Assembly (NCBI GenBank): GCA_024401435.1
Contig: JAKSLB010000008.1
Coordinates: 54,653-118,652 of the forward strand
Source: Paludibacteraceae bacterium
Lineage (GTDB): Bacteria; Bacteroidota; Bacteroidia; Bacteroidales; Paludibacteraceae
Direction of reading: 5' to 3'
Length of the DNA: 64,000 bases
The notes under the pieces were generated by a model. That model saw nothing but the letters and a program-made list of their open reading frames with translations. It searched no databases and was not told the DNA's origin. Position 1 is the first letter of the stretch. Every line of letters starts with the position of its first letter. This document shows positions 18,567-30,000 of the stretch, piece after piece. The position numbers were made by a program, and so were the translations under genes.

Positions 18567-19973
18567 ATGAAGAAAACAAGTTTACTCGCATTAGCAGGGC
18601 TCTTTACAATGAGTGCTTTTGCTGACCCATTTTACATTGTAAAAGATGGTCAATTACAAGAAAACTACTCTGTTGTAGCTTACGGAGAAAGTGAAGTTGG
18701 TGACGTTATGGAATTTGGTGTAAAAGCTACAGATGGAACAACTGCAGCAAAGTACACTCACAACGCTGACTACAAAGACATCATTTTTGATTGTCACAAA
18801 GCTCCAATCAACTTACACGAAGCATGGTATATGGTAATTGAATACATGTTACCAGAAAGCGCATGTGATCAATCTGAAGATGGTGTTTTATACAATACCC
18901 TTACAACTGAAGCTGGTGTAAAGAAAACAATGTTCCGTGCAGGTTTATTCGCTTTAGATTACTTCAACAGATTTGGTGAAGGTGCAAAAATCGATCCTGA
19001 CAAGGCTGATGCAAACGTTTATTTCGATGGAAACGTTAATTCTGTAGCTAACGAATGGAAAACAGAAGGAAGATTGGTTTACATGAACCCTAAGACTCCA
19101 CTTATCGACACAATCGCATTCGCATATTGCCGTGATATAGCAAAGAAATATGTTGAAGATCCAATCTTCATCAAGACTATTGCTTTCCTACCTTACGGAG
19201 AGTGCTTCCGTCCAATCTATGCTGAAAACTTCGAACCAATCTTCGGTTTGGTTGATCCATGGGTTAACGGTAAAATGACTAACGTTCCAGCTGATTACAC
19301 AACTGGTGGTTATGATGTTACTGGTAATGGTGAGCAATCAAGAGAATGGACAATGAACGTAAAAGGTGACGTTTACTTAGATTATGAAATGTTACACCAA
19401 TTGTATGTTCACGGTACAGTTGCTTCAGAAATCAAAGACATCGATTTAACAGCAAATGCAAGCGGTAAATTGGTTGCTAATGCATTGGTTAAATACAAAT
19501 GGGTTGAGGGTACAACATTCTATGACGATGTTGACAATCAAGGATTAGGTGCATGGTACGAATTCAACGACGAAGCTAAAACTAACGGACTATTATTCGG
19601 TAAAATCAACATTCCATCAGAATGGGCAGAATTAGAAAATGAAATCGACATCCCAGAAGGTGCAACAAAAGTTTCTTTGAAATTCCAATCAAATGAAAAA
19701 GACTATGGTTATATCATCGATAATATCCAATTAGGTCTTTGCAAAGGTGGTGTTGAAGTTAACGAAGTTGCTAACGAAGCAGCTAACTCTTCTATCTATG
19801 TTGATGGTGACATCGTAAAAGTTTATGGTGACGCTGACGCTAAGATCGAAGTTCTTTCAATGACTGGTATCGTTGTAGCTAACGAAAACATCTCTGCATT
19901 AGCAGCTGGTTCTTACATCGCAAAAGCTTACACAGCTAACGGTGTTGAATCATCAGTTATCATCAAGAAATAA
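18567..19973 (+). CDS. secreted hypothetical protein with a T9SS C-terminal sorting domain
   Basis: 468 aa with a signal peptide. The tail SSIYVDGDIVKVYG...AKAYTANGVESSVIIKK resembles a Por-secretion tail. I recognise no catalytic motif. Confidence 0.75.
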   Translation: MKKTSLLALAGLFTMSAFADPFYIVKDGQLQENYSVVAYGESEVGDVMEFGVKATDGTTAAKYTHNADYKDIIFDCHKAPINLHEAWYMVIEYMLPESACDQSEDGVLYNTLTTEAGVKKTMFRAGLFALDYFNRFGEGAKIDPDKADANVYFDGNVNSVANEWKTEGRLVYMNPKTPLIDTIAFAYCRDIAKKYVEDPIFIKTIAFLPYGECFRPIYAENFEPIFGLVDPWVNGKMTNVPADYTTGGYDVTGNGEQSREWTMNVKGDVYLDYEMLHQLYVHGTVASEIKDIDLTANASGKLVANALVKYKWVEGTTFYDDVDNQGLGAWYEFNDEAKTNGLLFGKINIPSEWAELENEIDIPEGATKVSLKFQSNEKDYGYIIDNIQLGLCKGGVEVNEVANEAANSSIYVDGDIVKVYGDADAKIEVLSMTGIVVANENISALAAGSYIAKAYTANGVESSVIIKK

Positions 19974-19993
19974 TATTTCTCGATAAATAGAAA

Positions 19994-20020
19994 AGGCTGG
20001 CCAAATGGTCAGCCTTTTTT
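19994..20020 (+). terminator. Rho-independent terminator (first of a tandem pair)
   Basis: 9-bp stem aggctggcc / ggtcagcct (one G-T pair), loop aaat, then T6. Confidence 0.8.
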
Positions 20021-20035
20021 CCTTTTTGAAGAATC

Positions 20036-20074
20036 ATCTGAATAGTTTTATTTCTATTCAGATTTATTTTTTTT
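20036..20074 (+). terminator. second tandem terminator
   Basis: 10-bp stem atctgaatag / ctattcagat followed by TTATTTTTTTT. Confidence 0.7.
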
Positions 20075-20119
20075 AACATATATCAATTGAGAATAATTTC
20101 TTATAATCATATAAAATAA

Positions 20120-20127
20120 TATCTTTG
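20120..20127 (+). promoter_or_regulatory. -7 box (TATCTTTG) for the patatin-like gene
   Basis: Perfect TAnnTTTG. It overlaps the ORF-track TTG start at 20125 and lies 21 nt before ATG 20149. Confidence 0.6.
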
Positions 20128-20148
20128 CAAAAAGAGACTATACTTACT

Positions 20149-22452
20149 ATGGCAAAACATTTTAAATTCATATTAATACTCTTCTTTTTACAACTTTTTA
20201 TGCCCTCAATGTATGCACAAAAGGTTGGATTAGTATTAAGTGGTGGTGGTGCCAAAGGATGCACACACGTAGGAGTGATACGTGCACTCGAAGAGAGTGG
20301 TATTCCGATTGACTACGTAGCAGGCACATCTATGGGTGCAATAGTTGCCTCATTATATGCCATGGGCTACACACCTGACGAAATGGAAGCCTTATTAGTT
20401 TCTGAAGACTTTTTAACATGGCAAAAAGGTCAAATCGAAGAAGAACGAAGATTCTTTTTCAAAAGCGAAGATGAAACTCCAGAATTTGCCTCTTTTAAAC
20501 TTGGCATTGATGATTCTTTAAGTATCAAGCCTATCATTCCGACAAGCATTATTTCACCGAATCAAATGAACCAAGCTTGCATGTATCTGTTTGCGCAAGC
20601 ATCAACCGCATGTGACAACGATTTTGACAAATTATTTGTTCCATTCCGTTGCATTGCCTCTGATGTGGTGACTAAAGCTCAATATGTACATAAAAGTGGA
20701 GATTTGGGTGATGCTGTTAGAACATCCATGTCATTTCCCTTTGTTTTTAAACCTATTAGTGTAAACGATCATCTTATGCTCGATGGAGGAATTTACAACA
20801 ACTTCCCTATCGACATAATGAAAGAAGACTTAAAAGCCGATTACATCATCGGAAGTTCCGTAAGTGCAAACCCATCCACTGCAACAGGAGAGGATCCTTT
20901 TGTCCTTTTAGAAAACCTTATTATGCAAAAAACCAATTATGATTTATCAGAAGAAAACGGGAAACACATAGAGTTTCATTATACAGATGTCGGATTATTA
21001 GATTTTTATAGAGCAAAAGAACTTATACAATATGGCTATGACAGTACAATGGCTCATATTGAAGAGATAAAAGCAAAAGTAAAACGAACGATTAGTCAAG
21101 AGGAAGTAAACGCTAAAAGATTAGAATTCAACAAAAAGAAACCTCCATTAATATTTAAAAACATTATTATTAATGGAATAAGTCCACAACAGAAAACATA
21201 TATCGAAAAGAATTTTCATAATGACGATGAAACATTTGATTTCGAGAGTTTTCAACACACCTATTTCAAACTATTATCAGACAATAAAATCAGCGAAATT
21301 ATTGCCCATGCAAAATTCAATCCAGAAAGTGGATATTATGATTTAATCCTAGATGTTACGTTAAATGATCACTTTAAGATTGGAATCGGAGGAAACATAT
21401 CCTCCACATCATCCAACCAACTATACGCAAGTTTCAGATACGTTGGTATGAGATATTTATCCTACGACATTTCTCTTGATGGACAAATTGGGGTTTTATA
21501 CAAAGATGCTCATTTACAAGCAAGAATAGATTTTCCTTCTCAAGTTCCATTCTGCGTGAAAATCATTGGAGATATCAATCATTTTTCTTATTCCAGCAAA
21601 CAATACGCATTCTACGAAACCGATATTCCAACAGAAGCTTATAGCACTGAATTTTACACGAAAGCAAAGATTTCCATTCCATTTTTCTTAAAAGGAGAAT
21701 TTAATGCTGGAATGGGTTATGGGAAAATCAAAGATAGATATCATGGTCCATACACGACAAAGGAAGAGGAGTTTGACGATACTAGATATTCATTAGGAAC
21801 TGCCATTGTGCAATATAACCACAACTCACTTTCTCACAAACAATTTCCTGTCGAAGGGACGAAAGCGAAAATCACAGCGCAATACGTTTTTGGGAAAAGG
21901 GAAAGTAATACCCAAACCGTTGTAGACACCTCATTAACTATTGTCAATGATGAATTTTCTAACAATTGGATTCAACTATCCGGTATAATCGATCATTATT
22001 TCCCTATATCAAAACATTTCACCATTGGATTATTGGGTCAGGCGGCATTCTCTACACATAAACTAGAAGGAAACTACATGGAAACATTATTAATGTCTCC
22101 ATCCTTCACCCCGACCAAACATTCTGTGATGGTTTTTAATCCAGCATTTCATTCAACCACCTACTTTGCAGCAGGATTTAAACCCATTTACAAATTCAAC
22201 AAATTCTTGCATTTAAGATTTGAAAACTATGCGTATGTTCCTTATAAAGCAATCATCCCAACAGCTTTATTTTCAGCAGAATACGATAGTCCGTTCTCTA
22301 AATTTTATGCAATTAGTGAATTAACAGCGGTTGCTCAACTAAAATACATTACAGCCAGTATATATGGGAACTGGTATAGTTATCCAAAAAGAAACTGGAA
22401 CGTAGGATTAAATATAGGATTCTTAATATTCCACGACAAATTGATTGAATAG
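20149..22452 (+). CDS. patatin-like phospholipase with a C-terminal outer-membrane beta-barrel-like region
   Basis: GLVLSGGGAKG, the GTSMGA (GxSxG) nucleophile and the DGG Asp motif. The start is moved to ATG 20149 because the track start lies inside the -7 box. Confidence 0.9.
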   Translation: MAKHFKFILILFFLQLFMPSMYAQKVGLVLSGGGAKGCTHVGVIRALEESGIPIDYVAGTSMGAIVASLYAMGYTPDEMEALLVSEDFLTWQKGQIEEERRFFFKSEDETPEFASFKLGIDDSLSIKPIIPTSIISPNQMNQACMYLFAQASTACDNDFDKLFVPFRCIASDVVTKAQYVHKSGDLGDAVRTSMSFPFVFKPISVNDHLMLDGGIYNNFPIDIMKEDLKADYIIGSSVSANPSTATGEDPFVLLENLIMQKTNYDLSEENGKHIEFHYTDVGLLDFYRAKELIQYGYDSTMAHIEEIKAKVKRTISQEEVNAKRLEFNKKKPPLIFKNIIINGISPQQKTYIEKNFHNDDETFDFESFQHTYFKLLSDNKISEIIAHAKFNPESGYYDLILDVTLNDHFKIGIGGNISSTSSNQLYASFRYVGMRYLSYDISLDGQIGVLYKDAHLQARIDFPSQVPFCVKIIGDINHFSYSSKQYAFYETDIPTEAYSTEFYTKAKISIPFFLKGEFNAGMGYGKIKDRYHGPYTTKEEEFDDTRYSLGTAIVQYNHNSLSHKQFPVEGTKAKITAQYVFGKRESNTQTVVDTSLTIVNDEFSNNWIQLSGIIDHYFPISKHFTIGLLGQAAFSTHKLEGNYMETLLMSPSFTPTKHSVMVFNPAFHSTTYFAAGFKPIYKFNKFLHLRFENYAYVPYKAIIPTALFSAEYDSPFSKFYAISELTAVAQLKYITASIYGNWYSYPKRNWNVGLNIGFLIFHDKLIE

Positions 22453-22498
22453 TAAAGGGATTTCTCTGAAAATATTTTATGGATTAAGTGGTTTATTG

Positions 22499-22506
22499 TA
22501 TATTTG
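22499..22506 (+). promoter_or_regulatory. -7 box (TATATTTG) for the lipoprotein gene
   Basis: Perfect TAnnTTTG about 40 nt upstream of ATG 22548. Confidence 0.55.
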
Positions 22507-22547
22507 AAAAAATTTTGAATAATATATATATCTAATTAGTGAAAATC

Positions 22548-23276
22548 ATGAGAAGAATTCTCTTATTAATTTTTCAAATTTTAACCATTAGTTGCATCAT
22601 CACCTCTTGTAGTAAAGAAGAAGGAGAAGGAGGAGAAGGAACCATATTTGGAATAGTCTATAAAATTATCGATGATGGAAAAATCATCACAAAAGCTGAC
22701 GGTTCTTATGCTTTTGACAAAGACACAATCATAGCTAAAGACGAAGATGTTTTCATCATATATGGAGACTATAAATTCGGATATGATGATAAAACAAGTA
22801 CCGGATTTGACGGAACCTATTGTTTCAAATATTTAAATGACGGAAAATATACATTATATTCATTGTCAGATGTAGCATCTGGTGATAAAGTTGCTTCTTT
22901 CACCAACGTTGAAGTTAGCAATGGAAATACAATTTGTCCTCCAGACATCTACATTCAAGATGGTAAAAATGTAGGTTTATGTGGTATTGTCGGACATATC
23001 GATGCATTATACAAAGAAGCTTCTGATTGGATTCCTGGCTTCTCCATACGAGTATACGCACAAAAAGTTGGTTCAATGGATGTTAGTGATACAAGAGCTG
23101 ACGAAAATGGTATGTATGCCTTTGCCAAATTAGATCCAAACTCCACCTATATCATCTACTCAGAATCAGAGCCAGAAAAGAATGAAGGTATTGAAGCTTC
23201 TAAAATAGAAGTAAAGACAGGAGCAGAAGGCAGCATTGTTGAAGCAAGCGAAACAATCTATGTTTATATTTACTAA
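22548..23276 (+). CDS. hypothetical lipoprotein
   Basis: About 242 aa with a signal peptide and a lipobox-like IITSC, followed by a Gly/Glu linker. An alternative GTG start lies at 22539. Confidence 0.7.
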   Translation: MRRILLLIFQILTISCIITSCSKEEGEGGEGTIFGIVYKIIDDGKIITKADGSYAFDKDTIIAKDEDVFIIYGDYKFGYDDKTSTGFDGTYCFKYLNDGKYTLYSLSDVASGDKVASFTNVEVSNGNTICPPDIYIQDGKNVGLCGIVGHIDALYKEASDWIPGFSIRVYAQKVGSMDVSDTRADENGMYAFAKLDPNSTYIIYSESEPEKNEGIEASKIEVKTGAEGSIVEASETIYVYIY

Positions 23277-23351
23277 TCTCAAGTAATAGCATTAAGTTAA
23301 ATCTATAATATATTTCAACTGCATCTATACAAATCTAAATTAAGCACAAGG

Positions 23352-24221
23352 ATGAGACAATTAAAAATCACCAAATCCATCACAAATAGAGAAAGTGCAT
23401 CTTTAGACAAATACTTGCAAGAGATTGGAAGAGAAGAACTTGTTACTGTCGAAGAGGAAGTTGAATTAGCCCAAAGAATCAAAAATGGAGATCAAAAAGC
23501 TTTAGAAAAATTAACCAAAGCCAATCTTCGATTTGTAGTTTCAGTAGCAAAGCAATATCAAAATCAAGGACTTAGCTTACCCGATTTAATCAATGAAGGA
23601 AATGTAGGGTTAATTAAAGCTGCTGAAAAATTTGACGAAACCAAAGGTTTTAAATTTATCTCATACGCCGTATGGTGGATTAGGCAATCTATTCTTCAAG
23701 CATTAGCCGAACAATCTCGCACCATTCGTCTCCCTTTAAATCAAGTCGGTTCACTTAACAAAATCAACAAAGCTATACATCAATTCGAGCAGGAGAATGA
23801 ACGTCGTCCTTCCGCCGATGAAGTTTCTGAAATGTTAGATATTCCAACCGAAAAAATATCTGAAGCATTAAGAATTTCAGGAAGACACATTTCTGTAGAT
23901 GCGCCTTTTGATTCTAACGACGGTAATGACAATAGTTTGTTGGACGTTCTTGTTAATGAAGACTCTCCTATTGCTGATAAATCTCTCATCAAAGAATCGC
24001 TTTGCGATGAAATTGAGCGAACACTGTCAACACTTTCTGAGCGAGAAATATTAATCATTAAGATGTTCTTTGGAATTGGAAGTTATCATGAAATGACATT
24101 AGAAGAAATCGGCATGCAACTAAATCTCAATAGAGAAAGAGTTCGACAAATCAAAGAGAAAGCAATTCGTAAATTACGTCAAAATTCTCGTAGCAAACTA
24201 CTAAAAAGTTATTTGGGATAA
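23352..24221 (+). CDS. rpoD: RNA polymerase primary sigma factor (sigma-A)
   Basis: 289 aa with region 2 [18 protein letters not shown] and [10 protein letters not shown], and region 4.2 [28 protein letters not shown]. The short N-terminus is typical of Bacteroidota. Confidence 0.95.
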   Translation: MRQLKITKSITNRESASLDKYLQEIGREELVTVEEEVELAQRIKNGDQKALEKLTKANLRFVVSVAKQYQNQGLSLPDLINEGNVGLIKAAEKFDETKGFKFISYAVWWIRQSILQALAEQSRTIRLPLNQVGSLNKINKAIHQFEQENERRPSADEVSEMLDIPTEKISEALRISGRHISVDAPFDSNDGNDNSLLDVLVNEDSPIADKSLIKESLCDEIERTLSTLSEREILIIKMFFGIGSYHEMTLEEIGMQLNLNRERVRQIKEKAIRKLRQNSRSKLLKSYLG

Positions 24222-24227
24222 ACAGCC

Positions 24228-24260
24228 AAGCGGGACTCTAAAGGTTACCGCTTTTTTTTT
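24228..24260 (+). terminator. Rho-independent terminator of rpoD
   Basis: Stem aagcgg / ccgctt followed by T9. Confidence 0.7.
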
Positions 24261-24293
24261 AGAATATAATTTAGCACTAAAATTCATTCAAAA

Positions 24294-26222
24294 ATGGATA
24301 CAAATAAAGAGTTTCAATTGACTGATTTTCTTCCTACAACAAAAAAGGAATTAGAAATAAGGCAATGGGAAGAGGTTGATGTAATACTATTTTCAGGTGA
24401 TGCTTACGTCGATCACCCTTCTTTTGCGGGTGCTGTTGTTGGACGAATTTTAGAACATGAAGGTCTTCGTGTGGCCATTGTCCCTCAACCCAATTGGAGA
24501 GATGATTTACGCGATTTTAAAAAATTGGGCACTCCCCGACTCTTTTTCGCCATTTCTGCAGGATGTATGGATTCAATGGTAAATCATTACACTGCCAACA
24601 AGAGGCTACGCTCTGATGATGCGTATTCTCCTAATGGAGTAGCTGGATTTCGACCCGACAGAGCGACTATTGTATATTCAAAAATATTAAAACAATTATA
24701 TCCGGATACACCCATCATCATTGGCGGAATAGAAGCATCTCTACGGCGTGTCACCCATTATGATTATTGGGATGATGAGCTAAAACCATCAATTTTAAAA
24801 GACTCGAAGGCTGATTTGCTTATTTACGGAATGGGAGAATTACCGCTAAAAGCAATTGTTCAAGAATTAAAAAATGGCAAACAGATATCTGATCTAAAAT
24901 CCATTCCACAAACTGCTTATATAGCAAAAACGGATGAAATCCCCTCATCTGAATGGGAAACTACGGTTTTATTTTCACATCAAGAATGTCTAAAAAACAA
25001 ACTAAATCAAGCAAAGAATTTTAAAATTGTAGAAGAAGAATCAAATAAGTTAACAGCAAACAGACTAGTTCAGGGATTAGATCAAAACTATTCTGTAGTC
25101 ATCAATCCCCCATATCCCCCAATGACATCAGAACAATTAGATGCCACATACGAACTACCTTTCACGAGAGTTCCTCATCCCAAATATAAAGGGAAGACGA
25201 TACCAGCTTATGATATGATAAAACTATCCGTTAATATTCACAGAGGATGTTTTGGCGGTTGTTCTTTTTGTGCAATATCTGCTCATCAAGGAAAATTCAT
25301 TTCTTCACGTTCTGAAGAATCTATCATAAAGGAAGTGAAATGTCTGACAAAGCATCCTGACTTCAAAGGATACATCAGTGACCTTGGCGGGCCATCCGCC
25401 AACATGTATAGAATGAAAGGGTTAGATAGCAATCTATGTGCAAAATGCAAACGTTATTCTTGTATTCATCCATCAATTTGCAAAAACATGAATACAGATC
25501 ATTCTGCACTTTTAACACTCTACAAAAAAGTTGATAACATAGAAGGAATAAAAAAGACATTCATTGGAAGTGGCATTCGCTATGATCTCATATTAAACAA
25601 CAATGGAGATGAAAAAGTAAAAGAAAGTCACACACTTTACATGAATGAATTAATAAAAAATCATGTATCAGGTCGACTAAAGGTAGCTCCAGAACACACA
25701 TCTGAGAATGTATTAAAATTGATGAGAAAACCATCTTTCAAATTGTTTGAGGAATTCAAACATCATTTTGATCAAATCAACAAACAAAACGGTTTAAATC
25801 AACAATTAATACCCTACTTTATATCAAGTCACCCAGGTTGTCGACAAGAAGACATGGCTGAATTGGCATGTATCACTAAAGATCTAGACTTTAAACTCGA
25901 ACAGATACAAGATTTCACGCCAACGCCTATGACCTTAGCGACAGAAATATACTATACTGGTATTCATCCATACACATTAGAAAAAGTATGGACACCCCGT
26001 TCTAAAGAAGAAAAACTCGATCAACGAAAATTCTTTTTTTGGTACAAAAAAGAAAACCAGCAAAGCATTATCAATGATCTACGTAAAATGGGAAGAGAAG
26101 ATCTCATAAAACAATTATTCACTAACACAGTCAATCATTCTTTTCATTCAGGGAAAGAGGTGAAGCCATCAGCCAAATCGAATAATTACTATGGCAATAA
26201 CAAACGAAAAGGTAGAAGGTAA
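24294..26222 (+). CDS. ygiQ: YgiQ family radical SAM protein
   Basis: 642 aa with the cluster motif CFGGCSFC and a UPF0313-type architecture with a basic C-terminal tail. Confidence 0.9.
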   Translation: MDTNKEFQLTDFLPTTKKELEIRQWEEVDVILFSGDAYVDHPSFAGAVVGRILEHEGLRVAIVPQPNWRDDLRDFKKLGTPRLFFAISAGCMDSMVNHYTANKRLRSDDAYSPNGVAGFRPDRATIVYSKILKQLYPDTPIIIGGIEASLRRVTHYDYWDDELKPSILKDSKADLLIYGMGELPLKAIVQELKNGKQISDLKSIPQTAYIAKTDEIPSSEWETTVLFSHQECLKNKLNQAKNFKIVEEESNKLTANRLVQGLDQNYSVVINPPYPPMTSEQLDATYELPFTRVPHPKYKGKTIPAYDMIKLSVNIHRGCFGGCSFCAISAHQGKFISSRSEESIIKEVKCLTKHPDFKGYISDLGGPSANMYRMKGLDSNLCAKCKRYSCIHPSICKNMNTDHSALLTLYKKVDNIEGIKKTFIGSGIRYDLILNNNGDEKVKESHTLYMNELIKNHVSGRLKVAPEHTSENVLKLMRKPSFKLFEEFKHHFDQINKQNGLNQQLIPYFISSHPGCRQEDMAELACITKDLDFKLEQIQDFTPTPMTLATEIYYTGIHPYTLEKVWTPRSKEEKLDQRKFFFWYKKENQQSIINDLRKMGREDLIKQLFTNTVNHSFHSGKEVKPSAKSNNYYGNNKRKGRR

Positions 26223-27025
26223 TGAAGATAAAAATAATAATTGAAAATACAGTTTTTCAAGCTGAAGCTAAAGCAGAATTAGGTTTTTCTGCCTACATAA
26301 AAACAGATGAAAATCACAAAATTCTTTTTGATACTGGTCAAACAGGATTATTTGCAGAAAATGCAAAATTATTCGACATTGATATTGCTCAAATAGATTC
26401 ACTTGTTATCAGTCACGGACATTACGACCACAGTGGAGGATTACAAAAATTTCTGAGTCTGAACAATCAGGCTAACATATATGTAAAGGAAGGTTATGAT
26501 AGCAATAAATTCAACAGATACAATAAATACATAGGATTTCCAAAGGAAATATGTATACCCAAAGATAGGCTCATAATAGTCAAAGAATCAACAGAAATTG
26601 CCAAGGGGGTTTATATTTCTCCCGATGTGAGAATTTATGACGCTGAAGAGACACATTTTACGCATTTAACAATACAGAATGGAGAAAATGTAATGGTTGA
26701 CACATTTGAAGAAGAGCAATATCTAACCCTAATAAACAATAACAAAATGTCCATCATTAGTGGTTGTGCCCACAGAGGAATCGTCAATACAATTATGAGT
26801 GCAATCAACACATATAAATTACCTATAGATTTAATTTTAGGAGGTTTTCATACACTTCACGAAAGCGACACAACAATAGAAAAGTTGGCAGAAAAATTAA
26901 ATGCTTTAAAAATCGAAAGAATAGTTGCTTGCCATTGTACAGGAATCGAGCAATATGCATTATTAAAAAACAAATATCATGGTGAGATTAGCTATGGTCA
27001 TGTCGGACTAAATTTAGAAGTATAA
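26222..27025 (+). CDS. MBL-fold metallo-hydrolase
   Basis: 267 aa with the HGHYDH motif. Its ATG overlaps the ygiQ stop (TAATG). Confidence 0.85.
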   Translation: MKIKIIIENTVFQAEAKAELGFSAYIKTDENHKILFDTGQTGLFAENAKLFDIDIAQIDSLVISHGHYDHSGGLQKFLSLNNQANIYVKEGYDSNKFNRYNKYIGFPKEICIPKDRLIIVKESTEIAKGVYISPDVRIYDAEETHFTHLTIQNGENVMVDTFEEEQYLTLINNNKMSIISGCAHRGIVNTIMSAINTYKLPIDLILGGFHTLHESDTTIEKLAEKLNALKIERIVACHCTGIEQYALLKNKYHGEISYGHVGLNLEV

Positions 27026-27038
27026 AATCATCCAAACA

Positions 27039-30000
27039 TTATTTCTTTTTCGAAGATTTTTCTTTTTTAGAATCCTTTTTCTCTTCTTCTGTCTCGTCAT
27101 CTTCTTTTTTCGTAAAAGCTCTCTTCAAAGACTGCCAATAACTTTTTGTCAGTTCAGAGAAAGAGTCGAAATCTTCACGATAAACGATACCAATTCCTTG
27201 CGTATTAGGTGCTTGTTTAAAATAGCTGTTGTTTGATCGATTAAATCCTTTGGTCCTTAATTTGCCAGATTTGTTCAATTTGTATTCTATATCAAAATCA
27301 ATAATGCTATTGGAAATATTATCTTCCTCTGTCACCACATCACGATAACCAAAATTACCATTTAGAATTAATCGGTCATTTAAAAATTGAGTTGACAAAG
27401 CAACATCGAATTCACTAGAAGTGATAGTTCCGTCTGTAGAGGTAGATGTTGGACGGTAATTTAATCCAATATTAAAATCCTGATTAATTTTAGATATCCA
27501 GTTGGTTAACTGAGATGATAATGTTGAGAACCCAACCGATGATAATTCATTGGTTGCCACAACATTTCTATCCATTTTATCCAAGGTATAAAAATGTCCG
27601 AATGCCAAAAGAGAAGCAATATTACGATTCATAGCCTCATCTGTATTGATAACACTACGTAACTGGCTTTTTAAATCCTCATCAGAATTAGGTAATTCTA
27701 TATCAAACTTAATGGAAGGCGATTTTATCGTACCATTTAAATTAAGCAAACAATTGACGAACATATTACTTGAGCGAATATTAGGATCTTCAATTATATC
27801 ACTAATTGGAGCATTCAAGCCATATTTAGCTTTTATATTAAGTTCTGCATTATATGGATTTCCAGTCCATTGAACAATACTACCTTTTGAAATTTCAAAT
27901 TTTCTTGAAATAACGCTTTGTATAGTAAACAGATAATCACCCTTTTCAATTTCGTAACCGCCATACATTTTGAAGTTATTATCCTTTTGATTATAAGTCA
28001 TTCTCAACGCACCCGTTCCATTAGCACGAATCACATCCCCCTGTTGAGAATCCATAATCAAATGTACTTGAGCATCAGGAGTAGCCTCCAAATCAAGGGT
28101 AAGTTGAATATTAGAGCGAGAACGTGATTTTTTCTCGTTCATTTGTTTTATTTTCTCACGACGTATTCTTCTCTTTTCTGTCATTGTCTTTTGATCCTCG
28201 TGTTGAACGAAAGAAACGAAATCGCCTTCTTTGGCAGTAGAAGTACCCTCGATAGGAATTGTAACCAACGTATTAGGCATCGTTTTCATAGACAAATTGA
28301 TATTCACTATTTCAGGAGTTCCAGAAATGTGTGCATCACCTTTCGCATAAACTTTTCCATAAAATGTTTCATTGTCTTCCTCTTTCGTATTCATCATCAT
28401 CAAATTGTTACATTTCATATCAAAAGCATATTTTAGATTTCTAAAAGCATCATGCAATAACATACCAGAAACTATTCCATATCGACCTTCCATATCAAAA
28501 AGTTGTGTCTGGTTTAACTCTATTGTATGAGGTGTAAATTTCACAGAATCACTCAACACATAAGATGTCTTTAAAAAGTCAACATTAAACGCCATATTTT
28601 TCACAAAGAGTGTTCCATCCAAACCTATATTGCCGAATTTTCCATAAGCACTTAAATAACCAGTAGCAGTACCCGTATTATCATGTAAGACATTTTTCAA
28701 ATATTTTCGAAGGAATTTCAAGTCTACATCTTTTAAATTTCCTCCGACAAACAAGGAATCTTTTCCTAAGAAGACGCCACCATGAAGAGTAGACTTTGAC
28801 AAATCCTGTTTATCTTCAATCATAGAAAGCAAATCCACGTTAAAATCGATACATTTTTCTTTTTCTTTCCATGAAGATTTTACAGACATATCGCCCAATA
28901 CGTAATCATTTAAAGCCCCATCATAAACATATAAATCACCTTTAAAATAAGGAACATTAAACATCCTGAACAAAAAGACATCTCCATCAGTCACACCATT
29001 AAATGATATATCTTTATTAGCAACCATATCACTTATGTACCCTAAATACAAATCGCTAAAATGGACATTGATACTATCGTTTGATGTGGAAGAATTTATA
29101 CCATTTATACATAAAAATTGAGAGCCATGATCAAATAAGAAGCTATCAATCTTAATCCATTTTTTATCCAATGCAATATTACATTCTCGGATATTCCACA
29201 CAGTATCATTTAAAATGATACTTGATGGTTTAATATGCATATCAGCCGTAACTCCTTCACCTTTCACATAGTCCTTAAAGAAAGCATCAACACCAATTTT
29301 ACCACTATATGTTTCTTCTACAGAATTACTAAAGTTGAAATCCAAATCTATTTTATTCTCTTTTGCTGTAGAGTTAAACGATAGAAAATAAGGATTTCTC
29401 ATTTTATTTTTAGGAAGATAGGTTGCTCTACACATCAATTTCAATTGATCATATGGATTTTCACACAAGAAAACGCAATCATCCAAATACGCTTCACCCT
29501 TTCGTAGTTTAGGAGCCTCAACACGAATTCTGAACTTTTGTTTTTCCTCATTCAAGAAACCTTTCACACGAGCCTCGTCCATCACCACAAGAGGCATAGA
29601 ATAAACATCATGAATAGGTTCCAAATTTTCAACAGTAAAATCAAATTGAAAATTATTTTTCCTTTCTGTTACTATAACAGGTTTTTCGTCCTTCATTATG
29701 GAAGGAATATATTGATGAGCTATATTATACAAAAGATTGGATAAAGAAGTGAAAGAATATGTTCCCATTATAGACCCATTCAAATAATCCGAATAGACAG
29801 ACAATCTTTTTGCATTATTAACTAATGTAGTTGCAGACAAGCTAAAATTATTAAGACTCAACTCCTTGTCATCCTGTATAAAAACAACATTATCCATAGA
29901 TAATGAGCCTTCCATATCATCAAGTGTTTTTCCCACGAAATTGGTTTCGACATTGAAAGAGATATGTGCATCATCAGCATTTTCTATCAAATGGGTTTTT

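Noticed and set aside
27026-27038. Convergent MBL-fold and tamB genes end 13 nt apart with no terminator.
   Set aside because: The observation is real, but it is unremarkable gene packing, and no structure or motif can be assessed in 13 nt.
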